Source: Smithella sp. (lineage in GTDB: Bacteria > Desulfobacterota > Syntrophia > Syntrophales > Smithellaceae). From it: DNA of 64,000 nucleotides. The notes under the pieces are model-generated. The model was not told the DNA's origin. It saw nothing but the letters and a program-made list of their open reading frames with translations, and did not search any database. Below are positions 39,596 through 50,700 of the stretch, piece by piece. The translations under genes were made by a program, and so were the position numbers. The stretch spans positions 37,018-101,017 of the forward strand of contig JBDKUX010000075.1 of the NCBI GenBank assembly GCA_039679455.1, written 5' to 3'. Positions within the stretch are counted from its first letter, which is position 1. Each line of letters starts with the position of its first letter.

Positions 39596-39632
39596 AATAT
39601 AATAATTGCATATAAATACATATTATTATATT
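39596..39632. repeat. AT-rich perfect inverted repeat in a divergent promoter region
   Basis: 'aatataataat' (39596-39606) and 'attattatatt' (39622-39632) are separated by 15 nt. The repeat lies between the divergent acyl-CoA synthetase gene and the gene starting at 39789. Confidence 0.5.
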
Positions 39633-39788
39633 AATTCCTATATAAATCTTAAAACAGGATAACACTCCAGCATCTTTTATCCGGGGTACAAGAACGAATA
39701 TATTGTCAGCATCAGCAGCAGCAATGCCTGTTCGTGTAATTGTGTTTGCGTCACCGAAAGATATTGCCTCACTGGGGAGAAATCAAGC

Positions 39789-40532
39789 ATGAACATCTGG
39801 AAATCGAAAATGAATATAATAAGCATCGTGCTTATTATGGCATGCTTGTCTTCGGCCTGTACAATACAGAAACAGAATCTCACCCAGACAGACTCGACCA
39901 AAGCGTATAAGAATGCGATAAAAGATGCCGAAAACGCCGAGCCCCATGAAATATCCAGAAATCTTGTCGCCATAGTACCGGCAAACAACAAGCTGATGTG
40001 GAAGAAAAAAGGCGGTGACCAGGAGACATCCTTATTGGTCGTTACATGGACAAACTATAATGGCTACGATGACAAGATCGGTCAACGCGTAGAAGTTGCC
40101 CGAGAAATCTGGGTAACAACAGTGCCGGAAGTCAGGAATTTCTGTAAAAACCTAAAGGCAAATAAAACATTGCGCCTGGAACAGTTATTGGGGCTTCCAC
40201 CGAATGCGGGAAAAACAAAGTTTGTGGAAATGTGGGTAAAACCGAAAGATATGTTCAGACCTAGCGCCGACCCTGAGATCAGCGACAGTGAAGCAGAAAT
40301 AGATTTCCGCATTCCGAATGATTTTGTAAAAATAAGTGACGACTATATAAAATGGTTCAATAACCTGAAAATGAATTCATACGGAAACGAAGGATATCCA
40401 TGGACGAGGCTGGGTTACACCTACGACTGGGGAAATGATGATAATCACGTAGGATTAAGCGAATTTGTTATTATAAAAGGCTCTACTATCGAGATCAATT
40501 CAATTTCGTCAGAGTCGCAATATTGTCAATAA
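39789..40532 (+). CDS. lipoprotein of unknown function
   Basis: The leader 'MNIISIVLIMACLSSAC' carries a lipobox. The C-terminal part has the conserved-looking 'YPWTRLGYTYDWG'. I recognise no family. Confidence 0.6.
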   Translation: MNIWKSKMNIISIVLIMACLSSACTIQKQNLTQTDSTKAYKNAIKDAENAEPHEISRNLVAIVPANNKLMWKKKGGDQETSLLVVTWTNYNGYDDKIGQRVEVAREIWVTTVPEVRNFCKNLKANKTLRLEQLLGLPPNAGKTKFVEMWVKPKDMFRPSADPEISDSEAEIDFRIPNDFVKISDDYIKWFNNLKMNSYGNEGYPWTRLGYTYDWGNDDNHVGLSEFVIIKGSTIEINSISSESQYCQ

Positions 40533-40619
40533 ACGGAAAATATTAAGCTGATCAGCCAAATGCAGTGAGCACAGTATCCCTTCCGTTGATTATGTCATTG
40601 GACAATCATTTAAAAAGAG

Positions 40620-41153
40620 GTGAAGATGGAAAATTTACTTAATGCGGAAGTGATTAAAGCGGCTGCTTCCAGCACCCTGGGGATATTATGTCTCATGTGT
40701 CTTATTCTGGGAATAGTCGTACTGGCATTGTTCAGGAATGCACCGGTCAGCGCAAAGATATTCGTGTTTGTACTGTTGATACTTGGCGCCGGCGGATTTG
40801 GATATACCGTCATAAAGCAAAAATCACCAACAGGAATTCCGGAAATTACGCGCCAGTTTATCGCCGGCCGATGGCACAATGAACAAAAAATCGGCGATCT
40901 TGAAGCCGGTTCAGTCATGACATACTTCGAAGACGGGACTTTTTTAGGCAGTCAAGAATCCTTTTTCAAGGGGAAAGGGGGACGCACGCAGGTTAAGGGT
41001 AAATGGGATGTCACAAAGTTGGCTGAAGACAAATGCCGCATAAAACTGAATTTCGACGACGGTAAACAATGGCAGGGCATATTTAAGATACTGGACCATG
41101 ACCGAGCCCATAACATTGATGAAAACTATGATTCGGTACGCATCTCAAAATAA
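40620..41153 (+). CDS. two-TM membrane protein with a small C-terminal beta-rich domain
   Basis: It has two hydrophobic helices ('LGILCLMCLILGIVVLALF' and 'IFVFVLLILGAGGFGYTVI'). The start is GTG at 40620 or ATG at 40626. Confidence 0.5.
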   Translation: MKMENLLNAEVIKAAASSTLGILCLMCLILGIVVLALFRNAPVSAKIFVFVLLILGAGGFGYTVIKQKSPTGIPEITRQFIAGRWHNEQKIGDLEAGSVMTYFEDGTFLGSQESFFKGKGGRTQVKGKWDVTKLAEDKCRIKLNFDDGKQWQGIFKILDHDRAHNIDENYDSVRISK

Positions 41154-41244
41154 GCAGGGATAAAAATATCACAAGTTAAACGGTTAGAAGGATTAGTAAA
41201 AGACACATCACTTTTAATTAAATATTTTCATGAAGGAGGCAAAA

Positions 41245-41901
41245 ATGCCCGATCAAACGTCAGTAATAATCAATACATTAGCAAAATCGACAATAAGTGA
41301 AGAAGAAAGTAAGCAATATTTAACGGGGGAAAGTGTGTACGAGGTCGAGATCCAGTTATTAAGCTCAAATCCCCAACCATCTACCCTTTCGGTTCAGAAA
41401 TCGCAGTCAATAACCGCCGTATCCCTGAGCGAACCTGTCAAAATAGATTTTGAAAATTTGCAGAAGCTAATCGATGCTCATTCTGCAAAACCAATGAGCG
41501 AAGATGATGTACTAAAACGTTTTCTCAACAGCACCCATGTGGCTTGCAATGCCTTTTACTACAGAACGGATACTGCCGAGAAAGATGAAACTAAGCAAAA
41601 GGATAAAACTACATTTCTCATAGAATTTGCAATGGCATTCACAGAAAATGAAAGCAACAAAGGAGGTTTGATATCCGCTTTGACCAATTGCAAAGAAATC
41701 GCTAACCTTTTTGACGTTCGTGGCGTTTCAGTGAGTGTTGTTAAAGGCAAAAAGGAAGATTATAAGTATTTACAAACATACGCCGCACAATTGGTGGCGG
41801 CTGGAAAGCCTCCAGTTTTACTGCCAACTCCTGAAAAGAAAACTGAAAACAAGCCCGCTGAAGATGCACAAGGAGGCCAAAAAGCCGAGACTACTAAGTA
41901 A
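41245..41901 (+). CDS. hypothetical protein (first gene immediately upstream of the giant-protein genes)
   Basis: The ATG at 41245 has a perfect AAGGAGG 5 nt upstream; the track start is 41230. The ~218-aa product has a Lys/Glu/Pro-rich tail, no signal peptide and no motif I recognise. Confidence 0.55.
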   Translation: MPDQTSVIINTLAKSTISEEESKQYLTGESVYEVEIQLLSSNPQPSTLSVQKSQSITAVSLSEPVKIDFENLQKLIDAHSAKPMSEDDVLKRFLNSTHVACNAFYYRTDTAEKDETKQKDKTTFLIEFAMAFTENESNKGGLISALTNCKEIANLFDVRGVSVSVVKGKKEDYKYLQTYAAQLVAAGKPPVLLPTPEKKTENKPAEDAQGGQKAETTK

Positions 41902-41975
41902 TGATCGTAAACGGCTTAATCAGGTGGGGGATCAAAGACAGCAATTGTTTCTATTTCCAGCAGGCAAAATAGCTT

Positions 41976-44900
41976 ATGGCTGACACGAATATTGAACTGA
42001 CACTTCAAAGCATTATTTTCAGGAAACCGGCTACCCTGACCGTCACGGCGGCGGAAGGCAAAGTCACACAGATATCCGGAAGTGTGGCACTTAATGAACG
42101 TTTGTTTTCCGTTTTCCTCGAACTGCAAGATGACTTCGGCAAAGAAACTGATGTACTCAAACAGTTGACCGGGGATATCGTCCTGGAAAAATTCGGGGTC
42201 GCCTACAACACCTACAAACAGGGCAAATCCGTCCAGCTGGGATTTATCATCAAATTCGGGAACAACAGTTGCCAGTTCACCCTGCTCAAGGGATTGGAGG
42301 AAGAAAGTGGTTTTATTGTCGGAGTGGATTTGCGCTCCGACAATAAACTTGCCTTGTCGAATAATTTTCTTTCCGGAATTCTCGGGGACGTATCCATCGG
42401 CAGCCTCGGGGTTTATTACGCCAGCAAACCTTTCAAGGAAGTTCCATATTTCGGCAGCGATGACTTTAAAACCGATCATCAGATTCTGCCGAAAAGCTTT
42501 TATCCGGCAGATAAGCAAAAACCTTCTTTACCAAATTTTCCACAGGGCATTAAATTCTCCGCCGAGATTCTCATCCACGGCGTCAACATTCTCGATCAGC
42601 TCGAAAAATGGAATGAAGAAATAACGAATTCGCAAAATTCGCAGGAACAGAAAGAAGAACCTCAGGCGACTAAAGAGCCCGCCGCCGCTCATCAAGAGGC
42701 GAAGGATACCCTTATCAAAGGAGCCACCCATTGGATTGAAACCAACAAATCGATCGGCCCTTTGCACATACGACGCGTCGGGTTGAGCTACGAAGAAAAG
42801 CGCATCGGGATCAAGTTGGATGCAGGACTGCAGCTCAGTATTTTGAATCTGACATTATTGGGATTGGGATTAAGTTATCCGACCGACAAGTTTACTATCA
42901 AGCCAAAAGAAATCTGGGAGAACCTTGAATTTAACCTGGACGGCGCTTCCGTCACCTTTATCAAAGGACCAATCAGGATCAGCGGCGGTCTCATCAAAGT
43001 CAGTAAAGATCCCCTGCAGCTTGACGGATCACTGCTCATTCAAACCCCGTTATTCACGATTTGTGCTCTTGGTTCGTATGCCAACTTGGACGGGAAGCAT
43101 TCTCTGTTTATCTTTGCGGCGCTGCAAAAAGCGCTGGGCGGACCGGCGTTTTTCTTTATCACGGGTCTGGCAGTCGGTTTCGGCGTCAATCGGGCGCTCA
43201 AACTGCCGGCAATCAACGAAGTCCATAACTTTCCGCTGATCAAAGCTGCAACGGATCCCAACTATCTCGGGGCGGAGCTTGATTTAAGAAAAGTCAGCCA
43301 AAAGCTTGGCGAATACATTTATCCTTCTCCGGGAAATTATTGGATTGCTGCCGGCGTCAAATTTACATCCTTTGGACAGATTGAATCCTTTGCGCTTCTT
43401 TCCGTCTCCTTCGGGAAACAATTGGAGATCGCGATCATCGGCATATCGAGAATTCGTATTCCCCAGGTACAGACAGAAAATGTACCCGCCCTCGTGTTTG
43501 CCGAGCTGGCTTTTAAAGTTGTCATTGCACCCGCAAGCGGTTTGTTGAGTTTCGAAGCCCGGCTGACCGAGAACTCCTATATTTTGCGCAAGGACTTCAA
43601 GCTGCGCGGCGGGTTCGCCTTTTACTCCTGGTTTGCGGGCGAACACGAAGGTGATTTTGTTGTTTCCATCGGGGGCTATCACCCGCGATTCATAGCGCCC
43701 GCCCACTATCCCAAACCGGATCTTGTCGAATTTTCCTGCAAAATCGGCAATAATGTTGCCATCAGCGGCCACTGTTATTTTGCCTTCTGCCCGGCGGCCA
43801 TCATGGCCGGAGGCGGCCTCAGTATCGTTTATCAATTAGGGGGCATTAAGGCCTGGTTTATCGCTAAGGCCGACTTTCTTATTCAATGGAAGCCGCTCTA
43901 CTACGATATCACAATCGGTGTGTCGATTGGGGTTGCGCTGCGGCTGACGATAGGCATCATCCGAATCAACCTATCGGTGGAACTCAGCGCATCAGTGGTA
44001 TTGTACGGACCGCCCCTCAGTGGAAAAGTCCGGATTTCGTTGTATATTGTAACCTTCGAGATCGCCTTTGGAGCAGCGAAAAAAACCCCGCCGCCGCTGC
44101 TTTGGGACGATGATGACGATGCTGAAAAATCCTTTGTCAAAACATTTCTGCCGGCTCCACCTGAAGAAGCCGTTGCAAAAGCCGCTGGCAAGGATTCAAT
44201 ACCAAAGTCCGCGGTGATGACTATTACGATTGTTGACGGACTGCTCAAGGAAAGGAAGAAAAGTAAAGAAGGAAAAGAAGACGATGACACGATATCCTTG
44301 GTTACACCGCAAAAGCTGGCTTTGAGCGCACGTACGCTGGTGCCGGTCACGGCCGCTACATTTAACGGCCATGAATTGGCGAATATACCTCAACCCACAA
44401 TCGGTGGGAAAACACTGATATCCTCCCCGCAAAAGCTGGTTTTAGACGTTTTAGACAAGGACAAGCTGAAATTTTCCAGTCCCCAACACGTAGATGGCCA
44501 ACCTACGGGATTTGGCGTCAGGTCGATGAACAAAGTAAGAAAAAATGCGAAAGATGCTGTAAATCATTCCTTTTACTCCTCCCTTGATGTCACTATGAAG
44601 CAAGACGGCCGCGAGATCTCGCCGAATGCGATGAAGTATCTGGATGAGTATCTGGAAATTTCCGCGGTAACCAGGAGTGTGCCGCTTGCTCTGTGGGGTA
44701 ACACACCCCTGGATACACGAACCGCTCCCCAAGAGCAGATGATCGATAACGCCCTGGTGGGGTTTGAAATCCGGACCAAGGCCGGCCCCCGCCCTTGGCA
44801 AACACCTCCCCTCGATTTATGTGTACTTGCTTACGAGCGTAAAGCAAAAATAATTGATTGGACAGTTCCGGATCCCGCAGAGAAATTATCCGGTGACCAG

Positions 44901-45110
44901 GATAATACACTGGCCAAGACAGTCAATGTGGACAAAGTAAAAACAAAAAGAGCGGGGATACTCAGTGTGCTGGCGAAAGACCGGAAAATCGGCAAGCCGG
45001 CAGATATCCATCTCGAACAGCTCTCGGCAAAAGCTGAATTTATTTTTCAGGACATGCCGGCAATGGCCCGCGTCGGCCAGTATCCGCCCCGAGGCTATCT
45101 TGAAGTTTAA
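41976..45110 (+). CDS. large (1044 aa) uncharacterised protein, beta- and Gly-rich core
   Basis: This long uninterrupted ORF has no signal peptide and, by eye, no canonical Walker A or HExxH. Distinctive segments include 'GGPAFFFITGLAVGFGVNRAL', 'GGYHPRFIAPAHYPKP' and 'MAGGGLSIVYQLGGIKAWF'. Confidence 0.7.
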   Translation: MADTNIELTLQSIIFRKPATLTVTAAEGKVTQISGSVALNERLFSVFLELQDDFGKETDVLKQLTGDIVLEKFGVAYNTYKQGKSVQLGFIIKFGNNSCQFTLLKGLEEESGFIVGVDLRSDNKLALSNNFLSGILGDVSIGSLGVYYASKPFKEVPYFGSDDFKTDHQILPKSFYPADKQKPSLPNFPQGIKFSAEILIHGVNILDQLEKWNEEITNSQNSQEQKEEPQATKEPAAAHQEAKDTLIKGATHWIETNKSIGPLHIRRVGLSYEEKRIGIKLDAGLQLSILNLTLLGLGLSYPTDKFTIKPKEIWENLEFNLDGASVTFIKGPIRISGGLIKVSKDPLQLDGSLLIQTPLFTICALGSYANLDGKHSLFIFAALQKALGGPAFFFITGLAVGFGVNRALKLPAINEVHNFPLIKAATDPNYLGAELDLRKVSQKLGEYIYPSPGNYWIAAGVKFTSFGQIESFALLSVSFGKQLEIAIIGISRIRIPQVQTENVPALVFAELAFKVVIAPASGLLSFEARLTENSYILRKDFKLRGGFAFYSWFAGEHEGDFVVSIGGYHPRFIAPAHYPKPDLVEFSCKIGNNVAISGHCYFAFCPAAIMAGGGLSIVYQLGGIKAWFIAKADFLIQWKPLYYDITIGVSIGVALRLTIGIIRINLSVELSASVVLYGPPLSGKVRISLYIVTFEIAFGAAKKTPPPLLWDDDDDAEKSFVKTFLPAPPEEAVAKAAGKDSIPKSAVMTITIVDGLLKERKKSKEGKEDDDTISLVTPQKLALSARTLVPVTAATFNGHELANIPQPTIGGKTLISSPQKLVLDVLDKDKLKFSSPQHVDGQPTGFGVRSMNKVRKNAKDAVNHSFYSSLDVTMKQDGREISPNAMKYLDEYLEISAVTRSVPLALWGNTPLDTRTAPQEQMIDNALVGFEIRTKAGPRPWQTPPLDLCVLAYERKAKIIDWTVPDPAEKLSGDQDNTLAKTVNVDKVKTKRAGILSVLAKDRKIGKPADIHLEQLSAKAEFIFQDMPAMARVGQYPPRGYLEV

Positions 45111-45124
45111 AGCAGGGAATTCTC

Positions 45125-46570
45125 ATGACTGAAGAAATGCGCGAAGAAATAAAAAATTACGTTCCTCCTGATTCCGTAAAAGCTGGCCAGATCCAGTTTA
45201 TTGAGGCCTGCCATCCGCCTCTCGTCGCGGGCCATTATCAAGTGAGCATGAAACAGGATGTCAAAGAATCGAAAGAGTCAAATACGTCATGGAAGTCCCT
45301 TCCCTATGAGGCCAACTTGCAGTTTGACGTGGATGCGCCGCGTTTCACACTTGACCCTGCCGACATCCATTCCGTCTACCCCCCGGTCAACTCGAGCGGC
45401 CGTTACAACAATTCCTTACCCCACGTCGTATTCACCCGGCGAACCCTGCCCTGGGAACGAACATTAGACCTCCAGCCGCCAAAACTTGGCAGCGCCTTTC
45501 GTCCGTGGATGGCCCTGCTGCTGGTTGGCGAGGATGAACTATGGATCCCCGATGCAAAAGGAGAAAAAACAAATCGTAAATACGAGATCCGCTCTCTGCC
45601 TGTTGTAACAAATGACAAGGATAAAGAAGACAGTCTCCTTTATCCAAAATCTCCCGATGTTCTGATCCCCCAACTGGGGCAGGATAAGAATCTCGTCGAT
45701 TGGCAAAGCCGGTATGGAAAGGATTCCTGCATGGCTATAGATCTCCCGGCTGAGCTCTTCAAAGCTGTCGCACCACGGCATGAAGAATTGCCGTACCTGG
45801 CCCATGTCCGCCAGGTCGACACCGGCGACAAGGAGGTGCTGGCAATCAACGACAAAGGCTGGTTTTCCCTGGTTATCGGGAACCGTCTTCCACAATTGAA
45901 AAAAGAGCATCAAGTCTTTCTCGTATCCCTGGAAGGCCACCTTGAACGTTTGGAGGAAAGCTGGCATGCCGCGACCGGTCAGCTTATCCGGCTGGTTGTC
46001 CTTGGCACCTGGAAATTTAAATGCGAAGAATCGAATGATTTCAAGGCGCATATGAACAGTTTAAAGCCTGATTCTCTCCGTCTCCCTTGTGTTTCCAGCC
46101 CGGATCAGTCAATGAAATCTGAAGATATTGATATTGTCAATGGAGCATACTCCCGCGGCTACACGGCTTTCAATCACGCCCTGCGCCATGGGGAAAAAAC
46201 AGTGTCGTGGTACCGGGGGCCGCTGGTGCCCCTGAACTATGACAAACCGCAACAAATTCAGGAACCGGTTTCCTGCGCCGACGAGATTTTGCGCTACGAT
46301 CCGGACACGGGACTTTTTGATGTAACTTACGCGGCCGCCTGGCAACTCGGCCGCCTTCTTGCGCTGCAAAACCACAGCTTTGCCCTGTCATTAAGCCGGG
46401 CGAGAAAGATGATCCGACAGGAAGCCGAGCTGCGGCTGCGCATAAAAGAAATTAAAGATAAGTACCAATTGCCGCCAGAATATTTAAATTTAGAAGAAAG
46501 TTTAATGAATGCATTAGATAACGGCGTCGGCGAAAAACCGCTGGATGCCGTTAATCCCAAATCTTATTGA
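45125..46570 (+). CDS. uncharacterised 481-aa protein
   Basis: The ORF starts 14 nt after the preceding stop and has no signal peptide or TM. It contains the conserved-looking 'LPHVVFTRRTLPWER'. Confidence 0.65.
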   Translation: MTEEMREEIKNYVPPDSVKAGQIQFIEACHPPLVAGHYQVSMKQDVKESKESNTSWKSLPYEANLQFDVDAPRFTLDPADIHSVYPPVNSSGRYNNSLPHVVFTRRTLPWERTLDLQPPKLGSAFRPWMALLLVGEDELWIPDAKGEKTNRKYEIRSLPVVTNDKDKEDSLLYPKSPDVLIPQLGQDKNLVDWQSRYGKDSCMAIDLPAELFKAVAPRHEELPYLAHVRQVDTGDKEVLAINDKGWFSLVIGNRLPQLKKEHQVFLVSLEGHLERLEESWHAATGQLIRLVVLGTWKFKCEESNDFKAHMNSLKPDSLRLPCVSSPDQSMKSEDIDIVNGAYSRGYTAFNHALRHGEKTVSWYRGPLVPLNYDKPQQIQEPVSCADEILRYDPDTGLFDVTYAAAWQLGRLLALQNHSFALSLSRARKMIRQEAELRLRIKEIKDKYQLPPEYLNLEESLMNALDNGVGEKPLDAVNPKSY

Positions 46571-46588
46571 AGAATTGAAAAATTGAAA

Positions 46589-47722
46589 ATGACAAACTCT
46601 GATCCTGAAAGTGAAAACGGAAACCTGAACGAGGACAATACCCGACTGAAGGATATGCTCGCAGAAAAGCGAAAGGCTGTGCTTAAGGACATGTCTGAAG
46701 ACAAGCGAAAGGCTGTGCTGGATGAAGTGTCCTCATGGCTCGGCCGGCTTGTGCTTCTTTATGGAGTTCCCTTTCATTACCTGATTCCGGAAGAAGCGAT
46801 GCTGCCCGGGGGCAGCGACAGCAGGGAAAGTTCCCTTCGTTTTTTCTATCTTGATCCCATCTGGATTCAGTACCTTGTGCAGGGTGCATGCAGTGTTGGA
46901 AGCAACGGCTACGGAGATTTCATCATCGACGAGGCAATGAATGAGTGGGTACAGCCAAACAGGCCAAAAGAGGAAGATCAGAAAGGAATCGCCAATCAAA
47001 AAGCCGCATCGATCCGCGACCGTTTGCGACTGGAGCATGAAGGCGTTGATCTCCCCGGGGAAGATACCTGCCTGGACTGGCCTTTAACCGGTTTCCTTTT
47101 GAGATCCCCGGTGGTCGAGGGCTGGCGGGGTTTGGAAGTCCTGGCATACAAATTTAATCAGAAATTCGAGGCTCTGGATGAAGATAAAAAAAATAGTTTA
47201 TTGAATGATCTTTACAAATATAAAGATGATTTTAACAAGCAGAAAGTGTTTAGAGAAGAATATCTTGAATTGCTCAAGCCACTGCGCATTGAGCAGCTTT
47301 CCAAAGATGTCATGCTGGGTATCTTCAATGGCAAAATTGCCGAGCTGGTGATTCGGCAGCCGCAGGAGGGTCTGCACTTCGGTGTTACGGTTATATCAGA
47401 AAATGGTCCCTACACCAAGAAGCTGCGTGATTTGGGTAATAACGATCAGGAGCAAGCGGAGCAACCGAAGAAAGCGGGTACGCCACTCGCCGGGGATCCT
47501 ATGCCGATTCCAATGCGTGTGCAGGAGAAAGAGTCCAAATACCCGGGCGTCATCGATATCGAGAAAACAGCCGCAGCAATGAAAGAAATCCTGTTTAACG
47601 AAGGCGAGCTGAAGGAGGACAAATTCACTTCTGCCGAATTTGCCGTAGAAATGATCGAAGCAGCCGGAGAATTTACTTATCTGCTGAACATTCAATCTTC
47701 ATCATCAAACACTGGAACATGA
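46589..47722 (+). CDS. uncharacterised ~377-aa protein
   Basis: The start is ATG at 46589 or TTG at 46583. It has an internal duplicated 'EKRKAVL/DKRKAVL' and the motif 'LLYGVPFHYLIPEEAMLP'. Its stop overlaps the next start (ATGA). Confidence 0.65.
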   Translation: MTNSDPESENGNLNEDNTRLKDMLAEKRKAVLKDMSEDKRKAVLDEVSSWLGRLVLLYGVPFHYLIPEEAMLPGGSDSRESSLRFFYLDPIWIQYLVQGACSVGSNGYGDFIIDEAMNEWVQPNRPKEEDQKGIANQKAASIRDRLRLEHEGVDLPGEDTCLDWPLTGFLLRSPVVEGWRGLEVLAYKFNQKFEALDEDKKNSLLNDLYKYKDDFNKQKVFREEYLELLKPLRIEQLSKDVMLGIFNGKIAELVIRQPQEGLHFGVTVISENGPYTKKLRDLGNNDQEQAEQPKKAGTPLAGDPMPIPMRVQEKESKYPGVIDIEKTAAAMKEILFNEGELKEDKFTSAEFAVEMIEAAGEFTYLLNIQSSSSNTGT

Positions 47723-50700
47723 CTATGAGCGATCCACATCTATTGGTTCCCATTAATATTGAAGCACTGGTTGTCGGCAAATCCACCACCACTAAATGGG
47801 TAAACTTGAAGCCCGATTTTACAAAGATCAGCGGAAAGCAGGTTCTTGGCCGGCAGATTGAAAAGCCTGCATTTACAGAACCGGAAAGCGGACTTCACAA
47901 ACCTGGTGTTCATCTGCACTGGGCATTGCCGGATGGCTTGACCCACGGAACAGCTAAAGAAGGAAGCGACGTTCCGGATTTTCCTCTTATTCCTAATCGG
48001 TGGCTGGTTCTGCGCTTCTGGGATCAGAGCGAATCTGATAAACCGAATTTGATCTCCCGAGCCTGGATAATTGAGAGCGACACGATCACCAACGACACCA
48101 ACGCCAACTTATTGCCCATACTCCACTCCGAAAAATTAAAACAACCGCCTCAAAAGCCTGAAGACTATGCCGTCTTCGTCGGAAACGTTTATGAATTAAA
48201 AAACTGGCCGGGAGAAAGCAACGAGCCCCAAGTCGAAATCACTGCCATCGGCTATGGTGACCCGGCCTTCGCCGCATACTACCCTGCCTGTAAAGGCATT
48301 TTGGGCTTTCATGATCATTACATTGATGATATTCGCGAAAATACAGAATTGACGTATATGGTTGTCGGCTGGTACTCAAAGCCTTCCCTGGATCCGCTTT
48401 GGAAAGCCCTCCACCCACCCGAAGATCCTATGAAGAAGTCCGACGATCAGTTTACGTCTCTGGCCGGATTTCTCGAAAAAGCACGTTGGACCTATCCGGA
48501 CTTCCAGTCATTGCAGGAAAAGCAAGAGAAGGCAAAAGACAGTAACACGGACATCACCGGACTGGCAAATCAAATCCCTACGGCTATCCTCTGTCATGGG
48601 CTCCTTGAGGGGGCAAAATGGAACAGACACGCCAGAAACGGTGTGCCGCTCGGTAGAGCCTTTGATATTGCCATTGCCGATACGGCGGTAGATGCCCTGA
48701 CGGCCCTGTTAGCAAAAGAAAGCGGCAAAGAAAGCAACGACGATCCTCTCGCAAAATTGCTGTCGATTTTTCAATACGACCTGATAGCCGAACTGGAAAA
48801 ACCGGGCGGCGATTCGCTTGTCGAGGCAAAGATTCATGAGCGCTCCTTCCGGCCGCTTGCCCGCGGGATTCGCTGGGACCTGTTGCAGGATGATTATTCT
48901 GTTACCGACAGTACTTCCGAAAGAAGCTCGCCACCGATCCCCGGAGATATCCGCCTGCTGCTGGAAAAGTTAAATGCTTTGCAGCGGGAGATCAACTGTA
49001 AGAAAAGAGACAGAGAATTCCTGCAAAGTGAAATTTACGCCGCCTGGTATAAAAAAGTACTAAATGTGGGACAACAACATATTACAGAGGAGCTTTCCAC
49101 AAAGATAACAAGGCTTCGGGTTGAAGTCTGTGAGCATACCAATAAAATTGATATGCTTGAAAATACATCGGCAACCCGGCAAAATGAAATCGAGAAAAAT
49201 CTGGAAACATTTCTTCCCGGCTGGAAACTTAAGCAATTTGATGAACCGGAATTCCGGCAGCCCAACGATCCCGTCGTACTTCTGAACGGTGATGCATTCC
49301 GGTGGTCTTCCCGACATGGCGAAGACGATCGTTTCCGCAAAGATGGGCGGTTGCTTTGCCGTCTGAGCGGGAAAGAGATTACCTGTATCAAGGTTAAAAT
49401 TCCTGAAACAGAACAAGAAGTCGCATTTACCCCTAATGATATTGATGCGAAACAAGAAACTGATGATGATGACTACTGGCGGAAACCTTTTGACGTCATT
49501 AAGGGGGTTCCTGCTGATTTTCATCAGGAGATTGTCAATCTGCTCGGCGAAGCCCTTTTACTTACACTTGATTCCAAAAGGGCGCAACATATTATAACAC
49601 GGGTTTACAAAACAATTGATCCGGATAATGATCACAGCGATGAAGCTGGAAAATGGGCCGGATACCTTCTCAATGATTATCTGAAACGACTATGGGAAAA
49701 TGCGAGTAATCCGGAAAGTGAAATTCATCTTGCAGGTACATGCACGGACGAGGACACCAAAGAGGTGCTGAAACTGGAACTGGTTGGACAATTCCCTTCA
49801 CCAGTCACGAAAAATACATGGGCGGGTAATCCCTGGCTGCCGCTTTTTCTTCAATGGCAGGTGGGTTGGGTTCCCGATTCCACCGACACGCAAAATGCTC
49901 TGCAAAAATGGGAGCTTAATCCCAAGCTCAATGACCACGTTTTCGTCTGGAAAGGCAGAGAACCCGAGGATGACAAGGGAAAGGTCACATACACGGGGAC
50001 TTCGATCCTGACGCCCGGTGTCGGGCTGCACTTGAGCGAGCGCTTGCATCAATACAACCTTCTTCATGAAAACCAACCATTACGAACTCTACAGACCGCC
50101 ATAAATTCGAAGAATGTCTTATGCCAGAGCCTCGGCGGTTTCACCGATCAACTCCTCATGCGCCGGAACCACTTGGAATTGCGGCCCTTCGATCTGGAGC
50201 AAGGAAAAGATGATTCGCAGTTTTCATCTATTTACGAAACAGTAAAGGACATCGATTGGTTATCTCCGATGACTGAAGGAACTTTTCTTCCCCTTCGCGC
50301 CGGTCGTCTGAAACTGGAGAAGCTCTGGATCATAGACACCTTCGGCCAGTTCCTGCAACTGGAGGGACAAGATCCCGTATACGGTCTAAAGACAATCTCT
50401 CCCCAAAGCTTGACTGCCGCCGACAACACGGTGCGTCTACAGCCGCGCCTGGCCCAGCCGGCCCGTCTTTCCATGCAATGGATTCCGGCTGAAGATAAGG
50501 TTTACAAAGACGAAGATTTTAACCCGGTGTGCGGGTGGATACTCCCCAATTTTTTAGACAAATCACTGATGATCTATGATGCCGGGGGCTATGCCCTGGG
50601 CGCCCTGCAGGTCGTGCAGAAAAAATCCTGGTCCAAGGGAGCAGGCGGCGTTCATGAGGAACTTGAAAGTTTTCACTGGATCGATATTCCCGGCAGCCGG

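Noticed and set aside
41916-45110. Several 100-200-aa minus-strand ORFs lie inside the 1044-aa gene, for example 41916-42518 and 43284-43835.
   Set aside because: A 3.1-kb uninterrupted plus-strand frame is far less likely to arise by chance. The antisense ORFs lack starts with an RBS.
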